The notes under the pieces: generated by a model | Database searches by the model: none | Told to the model about the DNA's origin: nothing | What the model saw: the letters and a program-made list of their open reading frames with translations, nothing else | Assembly (NCBI GenBank): GCA_951406725.2 | Contig: OX597816.1 | Coordinates: 50,344,001-50,408,000 of the forward strand | Direction: 5' to 3' | From: Octopus vulgaris | Taxonomy: Eukaryota | Length of the DNA: 64,000 nt | In this document: in pieces, positions 41,505 to 55,108 of the stretch | How the letters are laid out: each line of letters opens with the position of its first letter | Numbering within the stretch: position 1 is the first letter of the stretch | Position numbers and translations under genes: made by a program

Positions 41505-41551
41505 GTCTCTGATGAAGGGATATCCATAATATCGCAGAAACAACTGTAGGC
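41505..41551 (+). ncRNA. Degenerate copy of the 41169-41216 hammerhead motif
   Basis: gtct CTGATGA a gggatat ccata atatcgc a GAAA CAACTG TA ggc: stem II mismatch, broken palindrome and weakened stem I. Confidence 0.6.
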
Positions 41552-41618
41552 TATATCTATATCTTTTTCCTTATAAATGTCCTGAAAAATACACACAGCC
41601 CTGGCTTTGTTATCTCAT

Positions 41619-41663
<45 letters not shown>

Positions 41664-43167
41664 TATTATTCATATGTATACACATATATATACTTATATG
41701 AATATATATATGTACACATATATGTATGAACATATGTACATGCAATTATATGTATGTATACATATGTGTGTGCATTGGGCTTTACTAAAAAGTATTTATC
41801 ACATTTCTTTGATAATTTTTTGAATGTTAACTGTTGTACGCCAGTTACGGTCAGTCATATACAAAGCATTAATAGGTTCAATATCCAACTCGCTATTTTT
41901 GCTTCTATTGTCATTATTAGTATGAACAGCATCGCATACAAAATATGCATACAGAACCACATATCTCTATGTTCCAAATTTAGATGCTTTAGAAGCATTT
42001 CAGTGCGCATTTTCAAATCAAGCAGATAAGCCATAAAGGTCACTCTATATTTCATTTTCATTTTCGTAGCAATTATTTCACTATTTACTAAAATGATACA
42101 TTATATTCCATCTCGTATCATCTCTTAAAATATCATACATTCAACTATTAACTCTGATGTATATAAGATGCATCTATAAACAAAGAAGCAAGATGTGGAA
42201 TATCTTATTGCATTCGTTTTTGTAGGATAGCCTATTTAGACGTTTGCTAAATCATGTAGATATAATACCTCTTCTATAGATCAGGAAAAATGACTTATGA
42301 TTGACTACTCACTAAAGAGAAAATAAATCAGAGAAGAAAAAAAAAGCATAATAACCAGTGCTAAATATTGCACCAATTCTAGCTATATTTGTTTCAGATG
42401 AAAGTAATTTTCAAATTAAAATTTGCCTTGAGTCACGTTTATCGAAATGCAAATCAGGTGCCCCCTGAGAATTAATTTTAAATTGTTCCCACACATTATT
42501 CGTTAGTTCTAGACTAAGTAGATTTAAAACAAAATGAGCTAATTTCGCGCTTGAACTGCTGTAAAACATTATTGACAGTGGCTGAAAATAGGACAAGACG
42601 TTTGAATAGCATATAGGGAAAAGATATAAATTTGACGTATGAATCCTATTTAAAGATACACTGAAGCTTTCACTCACATCAAAATTTTTTTTTTCAGATT
42701 CCTTTTAATATTCCAAATCTAGGTCTTGACAGGTTATCATTTCAACACATATAAGATTGAAAACGTAAGTAACAGACGTAAACTGATTAATTGTAAATAT
42801 ACCAGGAAGTGTTATACGCAATTCTGACATAGTTTTCGTGTCTGCACTTTAAAGGTTTCCGTGCTGTATCATAGTATCTATTTCGGATCCTTGTCGATTC
42901 CTTTACTGTTTATGATTATCTTTTAAAAACTTTCTTAATGTGTCATATAGATGTAAGCTTTGACGCTGAATCCAAATTTGTTATTCACTTATTCTAGAAA
43001 AGTTTACAAAAATATTGCAGGTGTTCAAAATTTGATAATTTTCAAAATTTTCTGCCAATCAGAGAACAGTGCGTGCGCTGCCACTTCAATCAGGAGAAGT
43101 AGGGGGCATCAACATGTCAAAACATTAAACTATCTACAGTAAACAATGAAAAACATGAAAACATTTG

Positions 43168-43340
43168 CGAGCAAATTAGATATTTAAAAGCTATGAACAA
43201 ACCAACAGGAGTCGCTAGAGATAAAAGTCAACACTTTAAAATATACACGAGCAAAGTTAACATTAGAACACTCACGAGCAAATTAGATATTTGAAAGCTA
43301 CGGACAAAGCAGCAGGTGGGGCTAGAAATAACAGCCAAAA
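43168..43340. repeat. Diverged direct repeat, period 107 bp
   Basis: cgagcaaattagatattt.aaagcta...gctaga occurs at 43168 and 43275. Confidence 0.8.
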
Positions 43341-45030
43341 TATCATTTAAAACGAAATTTATTTGTTAAAAATTTAAGAACGAAAGTTTGTAATACACTG
43401 TAGTATTTTATATAATATGTTATCTTTCAATTTGTTGAGTGTGAGACCCGTCCGTCTTAAAAACAAAAACATTATAGAACAAGTGGTGGTCAGACTCCTT
43501 GTGCGCATGCGCAGCATGTTTCGTTAGTTTAGAAACATATTTCTTCGCCACGGTGGTGGTCTAAAATATTAGCTTCTGTTTGGTTAAAATGCCTAAATTT
43601 TGAAATTTTTAAAGGCTAATAACTTTTTTAATTATGGATTTATTGGAAGAATGAATTACATCTTCACAATTAGTATACAAAACTTAATCCATATCCCAAA
43701 TTTGAAAACAATTGGAATACAATTTTAAGCCGTGACGAAAACAACAAAGATCCTTTATTTTGTTGGGCCTGTGTAAACTGATTCAATTGTATATGTAAAA
43801 GTCTTCAGTTATACAACCTAAAGAAAAAGATAGAAAATTTGACAGCTATTAAGTCCCATTTCTCTTCACCTTCAACAACATTCTTCAGTTTTAATCGTGT
43901 CTGTCTTCTCTGTATGTTCATGCCTCTGTTAATGTTTAATGTGAAAAAAAAAAGAAAACGTTGCTGTTTCTTTTTCGTGTCCCCGTCACTTTCATTTATT
44001 TATTCGTGAAATAGCTTTTCATGAAATAATTAGTGAGACTGACATGATATGAACGACTAAAACGTTACCGACATTAATGTTCCACTAAGACTCCCAATCA
44101 AATGAGTATGTTTTGAGCTGAGAACAAAGAAGTAGCTACTAAATGTCGGTAAATATGTTTGGTTAGTTGCCATATAACTTTTACGTTTTCAGTGAATTTC
44201 TTGAAATACTTGATGTTTTAATTTTTATATTTTTATTCATATATTTTTTTTTATAAACCATGCACAATCTCTCTGAAATTCTAAAATGAACGCACAGTAT
44301 ATACTAAAAGTCACAAATATGTTCAACATTAGAGATATCAACTCTAAACACACTTAGAATACAGCTCATTAAATTTTAGAAAATAATTATTCTGATTAAT
44401 TCTTTATGAAGAAGAATGTGGCAAATATCCAATCGGCATGTGTCCGTAGAACACTAGCCTATTGCTATACGGAACATGTAAAATATAATTGAGCGATAAT
44501 TATATTCCGACTTAGTTATCGGGTAGACAATACAGGTTTGTTGGCACTTCAACAGTAAGTAATATTCACGTGCAGTTTTCTCAACTCTCTTTCGGCTCTA
44601 TTTATCCCGATAATTTGTGAAGATGATTGGTATCAAATTATTTTAAAATAAATTGAGTTCTCCAAACAAACAAAAACGAAATACAAAACGTATAATTAAG
44701 TATCATTTACAACTGACTAGGCTGCTCACACCTATGTATTAATTCTGAGCCAAGATATAACATGCAAGTAATTCTGTATTTATTATTGTTAAGAACGTAA
44801 CAATATGTATTAAAAATGATTTCTACCACGATAGCTGGTAAAGTATAATATATAACTAATTTCAATTAAACGTGCGTTTCCCGAATACAGTTCAACCTGA
44901 CAATACACTAGTGAATTAAAGATATATAACTATTATATATAATATAGTTGTTACATTTAAGTATTAACCATAAACAATAAATAAACAAGAGATGTATATT
45001 TTTATTTGCATACTAATATAACGGTATCCT

Positions 45031-45140
45031 TTTATTCTTTTATACTTTTATTCGTTTCGGTTATTTGACTACAACCATGCTGGAGCACCGCCTTTAGTCG
45101 GGCAAATCGACCCCAGGACATATTTTCTGTAAACCTAGTA
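45031..45140 (-). mobile_element. SINE family A 3' fragment
   Basis: ccatgctggagcaccgcctttagtcgggcaaatcgaccccagga. Confidence 0.85.
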
Positions 45141-45345
45141 TGTCCCTGGTGAAGGACATCATGCTCGGAATGGTCAGTGGCAAGAGAGGAAGAGGCCGAC
45201 CAAGAACCCGCTGGCTTGACACCATCAGGAGTGATACTGGAATGGACATGGCCAGTCTGAAGGAAGCGGCCCAGGATAGAACTGACTGGAGGACACTGAT
45301 CCAACGATTGACCGAGAGTCGACTTTGACTGAACAGATAGAGAGA
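45141..45345 (+). mobile_element. RTE-clade LINE 3' end (5'-truncated)
   Basis: SLVKDIMLGMVSGKRGRGRPRTRWLDTIRSDTGMDMASLKEAAQDRTDWR is the characteristic RTE/BovB-type C-terminus. Confidence 0.9.
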
Positions 45346-46562
45346 GAATATAAATATTCTTCTAAAATGATTTTTCATAAAAATGAATATATTAATCAGT
45401 GTTTATTTTATTTAAAAACAACTTCATACGACAGTTCTAGATATAGTCGGTCTCCAAAGTAACACCGGCCAGCTGATTTCTCTGTTTTTCACATCTTTAG
45501 CAGCGTCGGATTCTCTAAATATCGTACATTTAAAAGAAAATACCCAGATTTTATAGTTGAAAGATAAAAGCCTTTATTATTTTTTTGAAATTCACTGAGA
45601 TATGTCATCCTAATAAAAAAAAATACAATATTTTAGGTAGTTTTACGATATTGTCAGTGTCATGTAAGTGCAGGTACCATCCAAAATTACAGGTATTTTT
45701 CGAAACTTTCCGTCCGTAGTGATATGTAGCGTGTATTTTGAATTAGTTAATTTTAGTAAATTTGACTTACTGTACTGTTAGTTTGATATGAAAAGAGATT
45801 GGATGTATGGATCTTTATATGAAAAGTAACCCGATGCGAAAATTGCGATATTGTCAAGAACATATTGGAGACTGGTCTCATTGCCTGAAGGACAATGTCT
45901 GCAAATTTCACACAATAATATTAATAATAAAACGAATATGTTCCTGCCCGAGTTAAAGATCCTTTATTGAAACATAAGATATAATTCGTTTCTTCTAACT
46001 GCACACACACTCTTAAATATTCTATGAACTTGTGTATATGTTTATGTAATGCATATATAACGCTTGGAGTAGAAACAGCTGGATAATTATCATATGTTCT
46101 AATAATTGGGCAAAATCATAATTCTTAGAAAACTCAGTTTTCAAAATTCCTTTTATTTATTTATTTATTCTTCATATTCAATATAATTTCACAATGGTAG
46201 ACCACCACTGAGGTTGGGCAACGTTCTGCAAATCATACAATATATCCTTAATTAGCAACATAATACTGAATGCATAATATAGTTCCATATATCCGTTTCT
46301 CATTTATCTAAATCTTTATGATAGATTTCCCATTTCTTAATATATGTTGATCGATATATATTCAAATTTACAAAGAAATTTAGTGTTCATATACAAATTC
46401 GTTGCTAGTATAATCCGCTTTTCAAACAGATTCAAATACACGAATGAGAAAAAAACAAATATTCTAATGCACTGCCAAACACTAAATATATGATTGTATG
46501 CCTGTGAGTGCACGTGCACGCGAGTGTGTGTGTGTGTGTGTGTATTTTTGCGCGCGTGTATA

Positions 46563-46966
46563 TTACTCTTTTACTTGCTTCAGTCATTTGGCTGTGGCCT
46601 TGCTGGAACACCGCCTTTAGTCGAGCAAATCGACTCCAGGATTTATTCTCTGTAAGCCTAGTACTTATTCTATCGGTATCTTTTGCCGAACCGCTAAGTT
46701 ACGGAGACGTAAACACGCCAGCATCCGCTGTCAAGCGATGTTGGGGGAGGTGGGGAACAAACACAGACACACAAACACACACACACGCATACATATACAT
46801 ACATATATACGACGGGATTATTCCAGTTTCCGTCTACTAAATCCACTCGCAAGGCTTTGGTCGGCTCGAGGCTATATTAGAAGGTGCTTGCCGAAGGTGC
46901 CACGAAGTGGGATAGAACCCGGAACCATTTGGTTGGTAAGCAAGTTACTTAGCACACAGCCACTCC
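46563..46966 (-). mobile_element. SINE family A, full length
   Basis: Reverse complement is collinear with 60477-60917, from the GGAGTGGCTGTG head to the tail. Confidence 0.9.
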
Positions 46967-47499
46967 AACGCTTATATTAGGATATATAGAGAAATAGAAG
47001 CGTATATAACACTCATCATCGCTACAGAAATGTATATATCGAATTAAACGAATAATTTGCTCTAGGTTTATACAGAGATGTTAGTACTATAATATGTATA
47101 CATAACTGTATTTGTGTTGTTCTATGGTCCCTGTGTACGCTTAAACTAACATATACTTAGGAAATCTGATCTTGACTATATTTCAAGAAAATCTATCATA
47201 TGATGAATTGCTTGTCAAAACTGACTCAAATATTAGCAATTTCATGATAGAAGGCGTGATTAAGTTTACAATAAGCCCGCTATAAATTGATAGAATGAAT
47301 CCTTATAACTTTCTGGAAATTACAACGGTCTAGTTAGCTGATATATCATCATTACATTATCGTTGCCATAACAACTGTTATTGTAGATAGGGTTCTTTAG
47401 AGAGTTTTAAAAATAAGAATTTTGCTTTCTCTTCAATTTCTCATATCAGTGTCATTACTGTCTTATTAAAAAAGCAATAAAATCAATAATTATAACAGC

Positions 47500-47710
47500 A
47501 ACAAGAATAATAACGATAAGCACAATACAGCTAGTAGTACTGCTGCTGCTGCTACCACTGCTACTACTACTTCTACTACTACTACTTCTACTACTACTAC
47601 TACTACTACTACTACCACTACTACAACAAATACTACTACAACTAATGATAATAATAATAATAATAATGATAATGAGGATGACAATGATGATGGTGATGGT
47701 GATGATGATA

Positions 47711-47754
<44 letters not shown>

Positions 47755-47795
47755 AATAAGAATAATAATAACAATTTCAATAATACTGATAATAC
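47500..47795. repeat. Compound trinucleotide microsatellite (GCT/ACT/AAT/GAT)
   Basis: Successive in-phase trinucleotide blocks, read directly. Confidence 0.9.
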
Positions 47796-47974
47796 CGAAA
47801 GCAAATATTTAGTAATTACTTAAAACTTGACTCGTAACAGTCACTGCAATTCGATGTCCAGTATAATCTACGGTGAACGGTAATAATGTACAAGTGAAAC
47901 ATAGGTAAAAGTGGCACAATAAGGTTACTGACATATATACTTCGGGCAAAAGAAGTAGAATTAATTTTTTTACG

Positions 47975-48029
<55 letters not shown>

Positions 48030-48074
48030 CACTATCTATCTATCTATCTATCTATCTATTTATTTATATATCTG

Positions 48075-48377
48075 AGCTTACGATCGTGAGGTTGTGAGCT
48101 CGAATCCCGGACCGGGCTGCGTGTTGTGTTCTTGAGCAAGACACTTTATTTCACGTTGCTCCAGTTTACTCAGCTGTAGAAATGAGTTGCGACGTCACTG
48201 GTGCCAAGCTGTATCGGCCTTTGCCTTTCCCTTGGATAACATTGGTGGCGTGGAGAGGGGAGGCCGGTATGCATGGCTACTGCTGGTCTTCCATAAACCA
48301 CCTTGCCCAGACTTGTGACTAGGAGGGTAACTTTCTAAGTGCAATCCCATGGTCAGTGTCGTGACCGAAGGGGGTCC
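48075..48377 (+). mobile_element. tRNA-derived SINE, family D
   Basis: B-box-like GAGCTCGAATCCC, then the CTTGAGCAAGACACTT...CTCAGCTGTAGAAATG central domain seen in widespread metazoan SINE superfamilies. Confidence 0.7.
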
Positions 48378-48406
48378 AAATGTATCTATTTATCTATCTA
48401 TCCATC

Positions 48407-48438
<32 letters not shown>

Positions 48439-48459
48439 TGTATGTATGTATGTATTTAC

Positions 48460-48625
48460 ACACATTCCTTATTTTCTCTCCTTGTTTCTTTCTGTGTTCC
48501 TTTCTGTGGAAGAGCGTAGGCTCCAAACGTTAAAGACTTTTTCACTTCCCGAGCGTTAAACTAATACATCTCTTTGTTGTCTACACTACCTCTCTTCGTC
48601 TTTTGTTTTTTGTGAATTCTTCCTA
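48460..48625 (+). mobile_element. PLE pLTR-like repeat with a variant hammerhead motif (CUGUGGA family)
   Basis: 48500-48535 reads cttt CTGTGGA a gagc gtag gctc CAAA cg TT aaag. Homologous to 19557-19720 and followed by tatata. Confidence 0.6.
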
Positions 48626-48764
48626 TATATTTGATATGTGTGTGTGTGTGTGTGTTCATATATATGTATGTACATGTAAGGCAAAGAATGAATGGAACTC
48701 TTAAAATATGAACCATGAGCCAATAGTATATATTTCAGTAAGCTTATTCTGCCATTTCTAGCTA

Positions 48765-48832
48765 CTTCTTCACTGTGCCATTTTTAACTGTGCCATTTTT
48801 ACCGCGCCATTTTTACCTGCGCCAATTCCACC
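48765..48832. repeat. Short tandem array of about 15-bp units (gccatttttaccgc-like), resembling subterminal repeats of a DNA transposon
   Basis: Four degenerate units: tgtgccatttttaac, tgtgccatttttacc, gcgccatttttacct, gcgccaattccacc. Confidence 0.6.
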
Positions 48833-49839
48833 TAAATACATAATCTACAACTATAAAAGAAAATAAATATGACATAAAATATGACATAAATATTCATATA
48901 TAAAATATTATTTAGCATTCTTCCTAAAATATTCGTCCCCCATTTCCGTAATGTTTCATTCCGAATTAATAAAATATTTCAATATAAATATAAGCAAACA
49001 TTTATCGATCTGATGTTTTAAAATTTTCTAAATAGGCCAATATCTTATACTTGCCTTATTTGCATTCCGAAGTAATGTAGATAGATATGTTGGCTGAGAG
49101 GCAGTTTCCTCTGCGGAGCCACTGAAGCCACATAGCTAAACTATAGTACTCATATCACACGCGTGTCCTTAGCAATATGAGTTTGGTATGGTGTATTGTG
49201 CTAACAGCCACTACTTGTTAATTTTCTTCGTTATTGAAAACATTGGTAAGAGAATGCAACACAACTCAGTTTCCATAGTTATTGAGAACACACCTAGATT
49301 AATACAGAGAGGTTTTCGATACTGCTCTACATTACAATCGACATGATTGAAATATGAAGAGGAAATATGTTCTTAACTTAAATCTAGTAATGGACACTTT
49401 CTTATTAATCGCAAAATACCTTAACTAACTTCTAATAAGTACTTGATTTCTGTTTATTTCTAGTTTGAAAATGTGATATGATTCGTGAAGTATACATTTT
49501 AAAAACTTATGAAATTTTCTGAATATTGTTCTGAATTTTTCGAATCCTATGTTGCATGTGTTCTATAAATAATTATATTAAGAAAAATTCCATTAATTTC
49601 GAACTGATCTTTCTGTATAACTAAGTTTGAGACGATAATAATTAATACTTGTCTAGAGTGGAAAACAAACGCTAACTTTCGGCTATATTTTTGATGATAG
49701 ATAGATTCATCAGAATTCAAGTAAAGAAATTGTTTCCAATAACGCAGAAAGAGCGTTCTGGAAAGCGACTTTATAGTCGTCGCAAGAGGTATAGGAAAAA
49801 GGAAATTAACATATAAATAAAATTTCAGAAATTTATCAT

Positions 49840-50202
49840 CAAAGGAGATGATGAAAGAGTGTAAACTATCTACACGTCACGTCATATTCTGAGATTGGTA
49901 CCCTGTTAGATTTCGGTTTCGAATATGTAAATTTAAGGGTGATGATATGTGAAGGAGAAGATTTACTCGTTCTCGCCTCGAAACACTCGCCTTAGAAGAG
50001 AGAAATAATGATGTATGATAACAAAGGAAATGATGAAAGAGTGTAAACTATCTACACGTCACGTCATATTCTGAGATTGGTACCCTATTAGATTTCAGTT
50101 TCGAATACGTAAATTTAAGGGTGATGATATATGAAGGAAAAGATTTATTCGTTCTCGCCTCGAAACACTCGCCTTAGAAGAGAGAAATAATGATGTATGA
50201 TA
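49840..50202. repeat. Tandem duplication, 182-bp unit x2
   Basis: caaagga.atgatgaaagagtgtaaactatc... starts at 49840 and 50022 with few substitutions. Confidence 0.95.
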
Positions 50203-53200
50203 TTATGAAAATGTTACTTGTTTGAAAGACGGGGATATTATTGATTCATTGTATGCAACGCTCTATCAAAATTTGTTACTACTATATTTTTGATACATGA
50301 AATTAGATGCGGTCTGTTGTTTTGCAGGTGAAGTAAATGGAAGGTGTATGCTGACAAATTGGTTATATTTAAACAGTCATTTGGATGCATTAAAAAATCT
50401 ACCCGGCGTAGTATAAATATCATATTTCATAATGATAAGCAGGCAGGATCAACAGGCAGATTTAAGCCACGGTGTGAGTTACAGTTACTCAAAATCCTTA
50501 GTAAAGAAGAATGGCCATATTGAATATTGTTTTTCAATATCAGCAGTAAGCAACCTTAAAGCGAAAAACAGGATGCTCACGAAAGGACCGCATTTGGATC
50601 ATAGTCTCATTTCAACTGATCTAAACTAGTTGTTGCGGAATTAGTTTATGCATAAAATATTGTCTATCTATACTCAGGACCTTCTTGATACATATGTTGC
50701 AGCCTAATATTAAATACACATTTATACAAATTAAACAAAATATGTACAATTCTTAATTGTATCTGAAACATATATTCATATATACATACATATATATAAG
50801 TGTGTATATGTACAGCAAAAAATAATTTAATACCAATATGTCCAGTCACGACACGGTTTTTGCTAAATATGTGAAATAATGTCTCTACTGATCCCATTCA
50901 TGTTATATTCATCATGTCCTTAACTAACTCCTGTATATATTTTAAAGCTTAGAGTTACTGTTATCATTTCTGTGTTGCCCCTTCTACACATTCTAATTTG
51001 CATTGCCTTTGAAACAATTATAATACTAAAAATATGAATGGCATACATTCGCATAGCAATGAGAGATAATGAGGTTGTTTTCTTAAAACTTTATAAGCCG
51101 CATCAATATATTTTTCTTCATTGTTATTGAGAAATCCTCTTTAGAAAACAAAATTGGGGTTTGGTCAAATAATGGCGATTTCATGAAGGTGATTTCTTTT
51201 ACAAGGGACATGATATATTCCAGAATGTAAAAGGAAATGTTTTCTACTCTTCTTTAAAAGCATTACAGTCTATGTATATTCTAGCTTCATTTTAAATATC
51301 TTATTGATCAGGAATTTCGTTTTACATTGCATTGTTGCTTTCTAACATTCGAATACATTTATTAAATATATACTTTTGTTCTTAAACTCATACCAAATAC
51401 TTTTAGACCTTACTGTCGACGAAATGCGCATGTATCCACCAAGGACATTGTTATTGTGGAAAGCAATGTCTGTCTATGATCACATATACGAAACTTGAAA
51501 TAAGTTATAATTATAGCTAGTCTATCTGCATTCAAGCTTTGTGCACTCCTTGCCACAATGAAGAATGCGCTTGACTTTCAGAAGTTAAGTAATTTGAATG
51601 AAATTTGAATGAGATATTTCTATCAAGCCAAGGAGGTGATGTAGGAGAAACGTTTTTGAAATAATTGCAGTGAAATATTTCAAGTCGAAATCGAAATCAA
51701 CTCAAAAGATCAGCTTAGTTCCTGCTACTTCAGCATATTGACCAATTTTGTATCAAACATTGTAGACGCTTTTTTAGTTATAGGATAAAGAGTTCTTGAA
51801 TTATTATATAGAGATTGAATGTTGTTTATTCAAACCAATATGAAAGAGATTACGAACTTTGTGAATCTCACTGCATTTTATCCCCTGTACAATTTTGTCT
51901 AATCTTCCATGAATTGAGACGGATTAATAATATATCGTATGATATTAGAATAACAAATACAACTACCACCTGATTATGCACTAGCGACGTTTCAGTGAAA
52001 TAAAACTGCTGTAAGAGTAAGACCAATGAATGGGATGTCTGGGTTGATATTTGATTGCACCTACTTAGATGTATTGTTCTTCTCGTTACAAATATTTGCC
52101 AATCACTAATATAAAACGAATAGAGGTGTGTATGATAGCCACATTTTTGATAAGAAATAACGTTTCTAAATAATCTAAAGAAGGTTATGTATGTTTATAT
52201 GATGTGCGTTTGTGCGAGTGGGATAGACTTTGTGTGTATATGTGTGTTGGCCACTGAATATTCATTTCCAATCAAATTATAAACTCAGATCTCATCTCAC
52301 ACTTGAGAAACACTATATGTCCTGCTTGAAATGCAAACGCTTTTAGCTGGAATAAATCAAGTTACATAACTAAATTTAAAATAATTTTAACAATTTTTGA
52401 TACATTGCAGAATAAAAACTATGATGTATGAAAATGCACACCATTAGGAAAATATTTAGCATCACTGACCAAATAGATGTAGACATATGTAATATATATA
52501 TTTATGGCAACTAAAGATTTAAATCATTTCGATATTGAAAATGATTGATGATGGTAAAGTAAACAATTGAAATTTAATAAATTTTCAACCGGGGTGAGAT
52601 GTGTTGCTTCTTTGTATAGGTCAGAGGATTCCAATATAAAAATACTGAAACTGCATCTAAGAAATATTAGTTCTTTTGTTCCTCGATTTTTAAATAGCTT
52701 TTTCTTACAATACGTTATTTATCACAATGTTAAGCACAAACTCTATCATAGATATACATCTTGAAAACCATTTCATAACATAGAGACCGTTATTAACGTT
52801 CACTTACTAGTTTTACCTAATGCATTTCAATATCGACCATAAGATTATGCAGGAGTATCAAGGTCTCATTTTCAATAAAGTTTGTTGTCATTATCTGCTT
52901 TAATAAATAAAATTAGTATACTGAATGTAGCTGTTGAATGATTAGAGGTACCACATATATTTTAAATCAACATTTGCTCAGGTATGTGTTATCAAAGCAT
53001 TTACATAAAACTCAAGTGGTCTTGTATATGCCATGTGTTATGCTAATTGTTACATGAGGTGTGACAACTTAAGTCACCCTATTGCCTTCTGCTATATATA
53101 ATATGGTCACAGTAAGACGGAAATAAGCCAGAGTTGGTCCTTATGTGCAGAAATAACTTAAATATTGAGAAAATGACTCTTGTCACTTTCTTCTCACAAT

Positions 53201-53404
53201 ATTTCTTTTTTAATTTCATGAAAAAAAAGAACTTCTGAGTAACGGCGTAATAAAACGTTGATTTCTGAATGCTGTCCAATGCTGTTAAGCAGATGTTCTG
53301 CATTTACAGTGAAAGTGTTTGTAAATAGTCTTATAAAGTCATTGCTGAATTTTAATGCGTTAATATGTGTGTATATGTGTGTATGTGTGTGTATGTGTGT
53401 GTGC

Positions 53405-53443
<39 letters not shown>

Positions 53444-53927
53444 TGTGTGTGTGTGTGTGTGTGTAAGGGATAAAGCTACTACCCGTGCTATATAAACGTA
53501 TACGGCAGGCTTCCCGGTCTCTGTGGCGTGTGTACACAACTGTTAGAAGAACACTCAATTTTTGCCAGCTTAATGGACTTGTAGAAGTTGAAATGTCAAA
53601 CAAATTTTTTTTCATAACACAGTGCACACCCAGTTCAGGAACCGAAACTAAAATCTTAAACTCACGAATCTGACACAGACACCACTAAGCCATACACCTC
53701 CATACACACACGCGTTGATACACACATGCTGACACAGACACGATAACATACGCTCGCAAACACACACACGCGCACACACGCATATTTATATATAGCAATT
53801 CAGTCAGGCTGCTATAGGATTTTTGTCTTTTACAGATGCATGCATGCGTGTATCTATGTATATACGTATGTATGTATATAGCTGTGTATGTCCTATATAT
53901 GTACATGAATACATATGCAAACACACA

Positions 53928-54012
<85 letters not shown>

Positions 54013-54013
54013 A

Positions 54014-54097
<84 letters not shown>

Positions 54098-54119
54098 AAG
54101 ATGTAAATATAGATATATT

Positions 54120-54157
<38 letters not shown>

Positions 54158-55061
54158 TATATATACATATATACATATATATATAGATGTAGATATAGAT
54201 ATATATGTATATGTGTATATATATATATATACATATGTATATATATATATATGTATATATGTATACGTATACATCTATATATGTACATGTAAATATATTT
54301 AAGATCAAAGTAAAAAATTTGGAATCGCTCAATTTAGAAAAAATTGGTAAAGTTCCACTTCAATGCCTGCAGCGCTTTTTTGCCGATCGAAACGCATGCT
54401 AGTGATGCTGCGCGTATTTTACGTATTTGTGGCTCTACTGGTATATCTTTATTGAAATTTAGTACATTTTGTCCTCTGAACTTAAACGATTCAGCTGTCT
54501 TGTTACCAGTCATGTAAAAGAGCGGCCATGGTCATGGAGAAACGTCATACGTGACATTTAAAGGTTATGATTAAAAGTACATGTAAACCAATCAGTCAAG
54601 GCATAGCTGTTATGCAAATTACTTTGAGTCAGAATGTAAAGGATTGTTTTATTTTTAGAATGGTGAAATATTAAGGTGACTTTCAAGAAATGTGTTTAAA
54701 TGTAACTTAAAATAGTATCAAAATGTCTTTAGGGGGAATTAGTTTAGAATCAAGATAGAAACTGATAAAAATGAAGGACTTTGTATTTAAAGCTATTACT
54801 TCTATATTCATTATTTGCCGTAGTAATTCACTGCTCAAAAATTTAATAGCTAAAACATTTTTCTAAAAGTCAAGAAAGAAAATTTAAACTTACGTACATG
54901 GATATCGTTTTCTGCCTCTTTATACACAAGTGACACATGCATGGACACGCAACACGCAAATTCATGTGATTAAATAGCGTATCATTAAAACCTTTCTACA
55001 ACTTCAGGCGTACATTTAATTACACATGATTACTAGGGTTGTATGTACGTATGATGTATGC

Positions 55062-55108
<47 letters not shown>

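Larger units (their letters stand above)
41098..41621. mobile_element. Second fold-back element with about 150-bp inverted arms carrying hammerhead motifs, inserted in (TA)n
   Basis: 41104-41253 versus 41467-41619 are diverged reverse complements around an AT-rich spacer of about 210 bp. (TA)n lies on both sides. Confidence 0.8.

Noticed and set aside
45440-45885. Possible decayed long-TIR MITE
   Set aside because: Only short scattered complementary patches were found, too weak to define ends.
48765-50202. Short repeat arrays considered as CRISPR-like
   Set aside because: Eukaryotic context, no constant repeat with unique spacers and no cas genes; these are simple tandem duplications.
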